64,000 nucleotides of DNA from Eledone cirrhosa (lineage: Eukaryota). The notes beneath the pieces were generated by a model that was not told the origin of the DNA, searched no databases, and was given only the letters and a program-made list of their open reading frames with translations. A program made the position numbers and the translations under genes. Below, one piece after another: positions 56,741 to 64,000 of this stretch; position 1 is the first letter of the stretch; each line of letters begins with the position of its first letter. Location: positions 1 through 64,000 of the forward strand of contig CAXHJY010001092.1 in the NCBI GenBank assembly GCA_964016885.1, read 5' to 3'.

Positions 56741-57487
56741 GTAAACTTTTGTGTCTCTATAACACTAACATTCTGTAATAAAAGACCGATAAGTTTCAGA
56801 AAGCCAGTACAATCTGGTAGAAATATATAAAGGGCCAAAGATTACAAATAAAACAAAAAGCAATGTTTTACTCAGTATATTTCAACATATTTGAAGGTGC
56901 ATGGCTTAGTTGTTAAAGCATTGGGCTTGAAATTGAGAGGTTGTGAGTTCGATTCTCGGACCAAGTGATGCGTTGTGTCAATGAGCAAGACCCTTAAAGA
57001 AAAAGATTTCAGAGCTATTACCCTATTTCTGTTTCACATTTGAAAAGAGGGTTTTAACCCTGAAATATATTGGGTAAAACATTACTGTATTGTTTTATTT
57101 GTCATCCTATGTCCTTTATATATTTCAACTGTATTGTACTGGCTTTTTGAAACTTAATCATTTATTACATATTTCACAATGCTTCATATTAACTATACTA
57201 CTTTAAAATTCTGTATTTGTATGTTTGTATGTGACTGAAACAATCCATTTATCATCATTTAGCATCCACTTTTTTCCCTGTTACAACCTATAAACTTTTC
57301 AGCCCTCCCTCCCTCATGTTGAAAAATGAACCTCACTTGGTCAGCCTATGAACTTTTCAGCCGACCATTACCTATACAACTTGTTGCTAGAATGTACCCA
57401 GATGTATTCTCGGGTCTCGAATACCACCACCACCACCACCACCACACACACACACACACACACACACTTATTATTTTTTTTATTTTA

Positions 57488-57678
57488 AGGGCGGTGGATT
57501 GGCAGTATCGGTAGAGGGTCGGACGCCATGCTTTCCAGCATAGTTACGTCCCTTTACGGCCTGAGTTCAAATCCCGCCGAGGTTGACTTTGCCTTTCATC
57601 CTTACGGGGTCGATAAAATAAAGTACCAGTAATGTACTGGGTAATTGCTGGCCTTGTGCCAAAAGTAGAAACAATTAT
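57488..57678 (+). mobile_element. tRNA-derived SINE family 1 (full-length example)
   Basis: B-box GAGTTCAAATCC, central GCCTTTCATCCTTACGGGGTCGATAAAATAAAGTACC, (ATT)n tail. Other copies: ~4590-5110, 6995-7155, 10155-10300, 14230-14420(-), 21485-21670(-), 25490-25680, 29955-30108, 37437-37537(-), 37733-37915, 38380-38580, 62665-62830. Confidence 0.85.
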
Positions 57679-57882
57679 TTTTTTTTATTTTTCAGATTCC
57701 CCCACCCACTCTTATTCGAAAATTACCAATTTTCCAACCCCCCACCCAATCTACCACCCTCTACTCCACTTATTCCAATGCTCCCTATTATTTGGGACCT
57801 GAAAGTAACCACCTTTCTATGTTACCTTTCATCTATTGTTGGTTTTATTAGTCACAGAGTTTTCTGTTGGTTTCTCCCACAG

Positions 57883-57965
57883 ACTAATTGTTGACCTGAA
57901 GAAATGTGTTTATTACCAGAAATGCCATGATCCAGATTGTAAACAGATTAATTATCGTTCCGAAG
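57883..57965 (+). CDS. PRIMPOL: PrimPol exon 13 (LIVDLKKCVYYQKCHDPDCKQINYRSE), second half of the Zn finger
   Basis: YQKCHDPxC motif completes the C-H-C-C UL52-like Zn finger. Canonical splice sites. Confidence 0.97.
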
Positions 57966-58016
57966 GTATTTGAGTAATATACTGATTTATATCTGTGTAT
58001 GTATGTGTGGATAAAT

Positions 58017-58363
58017 CATCATCATCACCATCATCATTTTACGTCCGATTTTCCCTGCTTGCAAGGGTGGGACGGGAACTCATTCTGGCTTGATTTCTAC
58101 AGCTGGATGCCCTTCCTAACACCAACCTCATTTACAGTGAGTGCTGGGTGCTTTTTTTGCCGTGGCACCTCCACGACCACTTTGCAGTGGAATGATAGGG
58201 ACCCCAGTCCCTATCATCTCATTTCTACAGCTGAGTAAACTGGAGCAATGTGAAATAAAGTGTCTTGCTCAAGGAAACAACACATCACCTGGTCTGAGAA
58301 TTGAACTCACAACCTTTCGATTGCAAGGCCAATGCTCTAACCACTAAGCCATGTGCCTCCATT
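58017..58363 (-). mobile_element. tRNA-derived SINE family 2 with (GAT)n tail (full-length example)
   Basis: Head TGGCTTAGTGGTTAGAGC…GAGTTCAATTC, body TTGAGCAAGACACTTT, internal hairpin ATGATAGGGAC..GTCCCTATCAT. Related copies or pieces: 36171-36327, 43300-43780, 49720-50040, 56893-56990, 58530-58745, 30750-31085, 52900-53370, 61175-61550. Confidence 0.8.
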
Positions 58364-58495
58364 GTGTGGATAAATCATCATCATCACCATCATCACCGTT
58401 TAACATCCATTTTTCCATGCTGGTGAGTGTGTATGTATGTATATATACATGTGTGTATGTATGTATATATATATGTGATGTATGCATGTATATAT

Positions 58496-58532
<37 letters not shown>

Positions 58533-59174
58533 CAGTCGATCGACTTTTGTCAAATCGGACCGAGGAAACGTTTCCATTGGTCTTTCCAATTTCTAATACT
58601 ATCTATCAGTCGCAATTCCAGGTAGAAGAAGCAACGTGGAATAAAGTGTCTTGCTCAAGGACATAACGCATCACCCAGTCCGGGAATTGAACTCACAACC
58701 TCACGATTGCGAATCCAATTCTCTAACTACTCAGCCACACGCCTTCATATATATGCGTGCGTGTGTGTATGTAAAAGGTAAACAGAAATAACAACACAGT
58801 TGGTTCAGTAGATGGAAGGAATATATTAGGTTAACGCTTGAAATAGCAGGAAGAGGGTCTTACATTTCGGACGTTAGTATGTATAAGAGGAATGAGATGT
58901 AGCATGCAGCAGAGAAGACAGCACTGGTATAGACATGTAAAGCATAGGGATGATATTCCATTAGGTGGAGACGTGTTAAGAAATTTCAGTGGAAGGAGGA
59001 CCTGGGTAAAGATTGTGAGAGCTGACCCAACATTTCTGAAGCTCACATAGGAGATGATGAAGGACCACAATGAGTGGAGGGACACAGAGCTGGAAAAGAT
59101 AATGTTAAACAATGATGATATATAATCTCATATATTCACATATATAGATATATATATATATATGTGTGTGTGTG

Positions 59175-59235
<61 letters not shown>

Positions 59236-59805
59236 TCTGCAAACTCTGCTAAGAGTATTGCAATCGCTTGTCAGATTACCAAAAATGATGCACTTTTAGG
59301 CTATGGCCAGCCACACGAACCTGTAACAGATCCTGAACAAGCAATGCCTGTGCTTTGAATGTTTTTTAAGTGGGGAAAGGCCTTGCACTCGACCAATCCC
59401 ACTCTCTGAGCATCAAAAACACTACCTAAAAAGGAGAACTGGTCAACATCATTGGATGCTTCCAAAGCTGCAAGTTTCTTTTCAGAGTTTCCCTGTCTTA
59501 GAAAGGTGTTTGTGACAACATCTGAGGGCCTTTCACTCCCAGGTCAAGAAAAAAACTACTATTTGGATGACCATTGACCCTGCTGAGTTCTTCCACCCTT
59601 TGCTTGGTCTTGTATTTCATCCCGTAGGGTGTCCAAATATCACCCTCCTCACCAAGTTAGCTTGGTGGGATTGCCGGTCTAGTCGACAACGATGCGACCA
59701 TGAGACAGGTTGTACTGGGTAACATGTTACCAGTAGCACTCGAGAGCGACCTGACGTATATATATGTATACATTCATACGCATACATAGTTTCTATCTTT
59801 TCTAG

Positions 59806-60074
59806 ATTATCTGCTGCCAGAAAATGTGCTTCCATGGCTGAACGACACCACATTAGACGAAGACATTGAAGACAGTCTTATGGTTAATGCTTTGGAAAGA
59901 TGTCACGAAGAGCTTGATGACACTACCTTGGTCGAAGCTGCCGAAGAAGCAATGGGAGGCATGCAACAGGACAGCATTGGTATAAACATGGGTGTCAATG
60001 ACGAGGAAGACTTGTCCTTGTTGTTAGCAGCAGAAGAGATGGAGAAAATTTTTGATGCTTCTTCAAATTTTTGA
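59806..60074 (+). CDS. PRIMPOL: PrimPol terminal exon 14 (acidic RPA-binding C-terminus, stop TGA)
   Basis: TTTTCTAG acceptor in phase 1. LP after the Zn finger, then acidic DDxxLxEAAE-like motifs. The CDS totals 2160 nt, a multiple of 3. Confidence 0.9.
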
Positions 60075-60281
60075 CACCTTCCATACCAAGATCCCAGAAA
60101 TTAAGACTTACCATCAAGATATATATAATATATGTGTGTATGTGTATACATATATATATATACACATACATGTATATGTATGTTATATATATACATATAT
60201 ATATATATATAACAAAGGAATTGTGGTAAGGAACCAGATGGACCATAACGCACCAAAGTACTCGTCGGGGTCATACTTGTT

Positions 60282-60340
<59 letters not shown>

Positions 60341-60409
60341 GGTGATTTCTTTATCTTTACTGATAATTACCATCTGCATGTGCACCCCATCACCAACTCC
60401 AAACATCCA

Positions 60410-61080
60410 TTAATGGCCTCTTAGGTGACTTTTAAGTCCAGCTGTAGAATTGCACGGTCTGCAGCAAATGTGACAGTCAAAACATTTACCCTCTATTGGA
60501 TTGATTGGGTCAGTTTGTGTGATGTCATCCTTATGTACCCTTAAATACCTTTTAACACCACAAATTAATTTGCAGCTCTTTTTGCACACCACAGATGTAT
60601 TCTCATCTAGTATTGGAGGGATAGTGGTGCATAAGGTTAGCTTTCTATGTGATTTTAAATGAGTGATGTACCCAGATTTAGAGAGCAGTAGATGACCACA
60701 CACCTCAGAATTCCAGCTTCCTGTGTTCTTATTCTGGTTCATACTGTGGCCTTTCCAAAGCTGATGTTTTTCCTGGTTAAGACATCTCTCTTTAAATGTT
60801 CTGCAACCTTCACTCATCCGTTCCATTCAATCCTCTTTAAAGCAAGCATTTCCCAGTTCCAAACTTCAAATTGTAGATCTTTATGGTTGTTTTTTTATGC
60901 AATCTTTATATCTTTATATATCTTAGTTTGTGCTGAGCTGAGCGTGTTTCCCAGTGTGCGATTGACTGTAAAATAGTTGTTTTGGGAGTCTATCTTCATT
61001 CGTGCAATAACATGACCTACCCAATGCATTTTAGATATGATGGCGGATTCAATGCTTGTGCAACCAACATCAATAAGGAT
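60410..61080 (-). mobile_element. Decayed RTE-type LINE 3' end with C-terminal C2H2-like fingers
   Basis: HWVGHV.RM…PKQLFY…; CHICCRPCNSTAGLKSHLRGH. Frameshifted. Confidence 0.7.
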
Positions 61081-62849
61081 TTGTATCATATATATATATT
61101 TACATATATACATACATACAGGAGCTCATGGTTGACTTCCATATATATATATATATAAATATAAAAATATATATCATCATCATCATCATCATCACCGTTT
61201 TACGTCCGTTCTTCCACGCTAGCATGGGTTAGACGGGTTGTCCTGTTGTGGGCAGTGTCTGGTCGGCTGACCATGCCTTGCTCATACAGGAACTGATCTG
61301 GCTTGATTTCTACAGCTGGATGCCCTTCCTAACACCAACCTCATTTACAGTGAGTGCTGGGTGCTTTTTCGTGGCGCCTACACGTCCACTTTACAGTGTG
61401 GGCTGGGTGCTTTTTTGCCGTGGCACCTCCACGACCACCTTGCGGTGGGGGGGGGGGGCATATTGTTTATATGCTTCAGCATGTACCCATGGGAGGTCGG
61501 GTACCCTGTATTACTGCGTGACGCCAGAAGTCACGGTCGTGTGTCATTGACTTTATATGTATATAAATGTATATATATATAACAAAGGAGTTGTGGTAAG
61601 GAACCAGATGGACCATAACGCACCAGAGTACTCAATACTTAGGGTAGTAGAGTGGATAATAAGAAAATGTATGACCCTGACGGCAGAGCTCAAGCCATTT
61701 CGATGGCTATTTCTGGACTAAATTAGAATTTACCAGACTAAAAATTCTAATTTAGTCCAGAAATAGCCGTCGAAATGGCTTAAGCTCTGCCGTCGGCGTC
61801 ATACATTTTCCTATATATATAGAATTAGAATTTAGCTTCAAGCATAGCTGTATACAGATATGTAATGGAATTTCAAAATTCCAATACATATCTGTATGCA
61901 GCTATGTTCGAAGCTAAATTCTACTTCTATTCTATTTTATGTTGAGCCAAGTTATACAGCTTCATATGCAAATGTGATTAATCACCTCATTTACACAGAC
62001 GAGAAAACTATATATTCTCACCTATTTTCAAAGTCCAGCAGTTGCAAGTGTGGAGCGATGAGAACCAGTTCAGTTGGAAATGCATCGACGATTGTCCCGC
62101 TTGCTTCTGCTGGACACCACCAGGTGGCGATAGCTGCCAGTGTTTTTGCATAGCTATATATTCCATAATTCTCAGTCTTTTGGTATTTGTTATTCCATAA
62201 TTCTCAGTCTTTTGGTATTTGTTCTGTTCTTGTTTCCATTCTAATTGCCAAATTGTGGCACCAATTTCATACCTTGAAAACCATTCCGTGTGTATGCCGG
62301 TTTAGAATAGGTACACTGTATCCCTGCAGGTCGTAAGAGGCGACTAAAAGGGTTGGCACCAGGGAGGGCATCCAGCCGTAAAAACTAGCCTCATTAAGGA
62401 CCTCTCCCCTTATGTCAGATGGCCCTGTATGGCTAACCCCTGCTTTGGTGGGGAAATATTACTTTAAAAGGTTTGTTGTTTCTTCTCATTCACAGCACCA
62501 TTGTATTGCTGCTTGATGGGTGACCTCTTAATTTGATCTTGTTTAGGTCAAGAAGGTCAACTGTGACCCAACCATTAAATTTGGTCTTCTTTAGTTCCTG
62601 TTTTATACCACATATCTCGAGGGTGTCAACAGTGACCTGACCTCTTTCAGGTGGTGTTGTATGTCTCATAGCTGGTGAATTGACAGAGTTGTTAGCGATC
62701 TTAGATTAACAATGCTCCGGTATTTGTTCTGCCTCACTGCTCTCTGAGTTCAAATCTCACCGACGTCAACTTTGCCTTTCATCCAATTGAGGTTGATAAA
62801 AAAAATACTAGTCATATACTGGGGTCAATGAATCATGTCTCTTTCTCTG

Positions 62850-64000
62850 GAAGAAACTAACTGCATTCTGATCAAGAGAGGGATGGGCTCTGACAGGTTT
62901 AAAATGGCCAAGACATGCCATGTGTCAGTACAGCACCCTCTACAACTCTATCAAGAGTTAAAGGCCCTTTACCCCAGCGCTTCTAAGATAATTTAAGTGC
63001 TTCTATGTTGCTGTTAGTCAGGTAGATGAAATCTTCCTCCAGTATAGTTGAGATAAGCAAAAGTACTACTCATGCTGGATCAAATACTACAGCAACTTCG
63101 TGATCTTTCAGTTAGTGCATATGAACACTTAAGTATGAAATTCTCCCTGATAACAACAAAGTTAAATTTCTCCCATATAACACAGAAAGCAAAAAATATC
63201 TGAGCACAACATTTGGTTGTAAAATAGTTACAGAAAAATGCAGATCTATGTTGGAAGTTTGAAGGCAAAATTACCACAGATATGGTAATGGTATCTAACA
63301 TTTTCCCCAAATAACAGAGAACCTGTTGCAAAATAGTTACAGCAAAATGTGGTTTTGGGTTGGGAGATACAAAATGAATTTACCATCTATACCATGTAAC
63401 AGAGTGACCCTGTTGCCCAAAAGAGTAATCTAACATTAAATAACGACCATGATGGACAACATATTATTCTTATTTTGGCCTGAATTCTGCCAGGCTTTTG
63501 CAAAGATTTCTTCCACTCTTTAAATAAATTGCTTCCACCTTTCCTTAATTCGATAGTCCTTGGTTGTTAGCAGCTTTAACAAAGTTGGATTGAATGGATC
63601 TGCTTTCACATTCCAGTCTCCTAAAACAATGAGAACATCTTTCTATGGAACTATCTTCAAGATTTTCTCTAGGTCCTCACAGAACTCTTTAACTGAACTT
63701 AATCTCAGATAAGTTCTCTACCAGACTGAGAACTGAACAGTTCTCTCTCTCTGTTGCCATCCCATTCTAACTCTACATTGAACACCCACCTTTCCTTAAT
63801 TCCATAGTCCTTGGCTGTTAGCAGCTTTACAAAGTTGGACTGAATGGATCTCACAAATGTGGAGCTATGTAGCAGCTGCCCATGTAGCAAGACAATTTGC
63901 TCTATTTTCTACATGGTGTTTCCCTCTATGTTTACCACATGGTGCTACAGACAAAATGTGGTTACATATTGGGAGTTTCAAGATGAATTTACCATATATA
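62850..64000 (-). mobile_element. Highly decayed RTE LINE (APE endonuclease/linker remnants)
   Basis: On -: VKEFCEDLEKILKIVP*KDVLIVLGDWNVKA and twice LLT.KD..IKERW. Confidence 0.6.

Noticed and set aside
60410-60826. C2H2 zinc-finger host gene
   Set aside because: Degenerate fingers follow frameshifted RTE-type W.GHV.RM motifs; this is a LINE C-terminus.

Overview
AT-rich, microsatellite-saturated metazoan genomic DNA. The SINE families and repeat style suggest a cephalopod (octopod); this is an inference. One host gene is reconstructed: a 14-coding-exon PrimPol (PRIMPOL/CCDC111) on + (37059-60074, 2160 nt, 719 aa). All introns are GT-AG with compatible phases, and motifs DxE, SxH, hD, the C-H-C-C Zn finger and acidic RPA-binding tails are present. 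It carries a lineage-specific DPH tandem-repeat insertion. The rest is (TA)n/(CAC)n/(GA)n arrays, minisatellites, tRNA-derived SINEs and decayed RTE, CR1, CRE, Tc1/mariner, hAT and Penelope-like (PLE) elements. The main hidden signal is about 15 minimal type I hammerhead-ribozyme (HHR) motifs from several sequence-unrelated families. Most have a palindromic stem-III hexamer and many share a mismatch at base pair 4 of stem II. They sit in short (TA)n-flanked inserts that repeatedly form long fold-back palindromes, including sense-strand copies inside PrimPol introns. Folds were read by eye. Exon coordinates are to the base; repeat boundaries are approximate.
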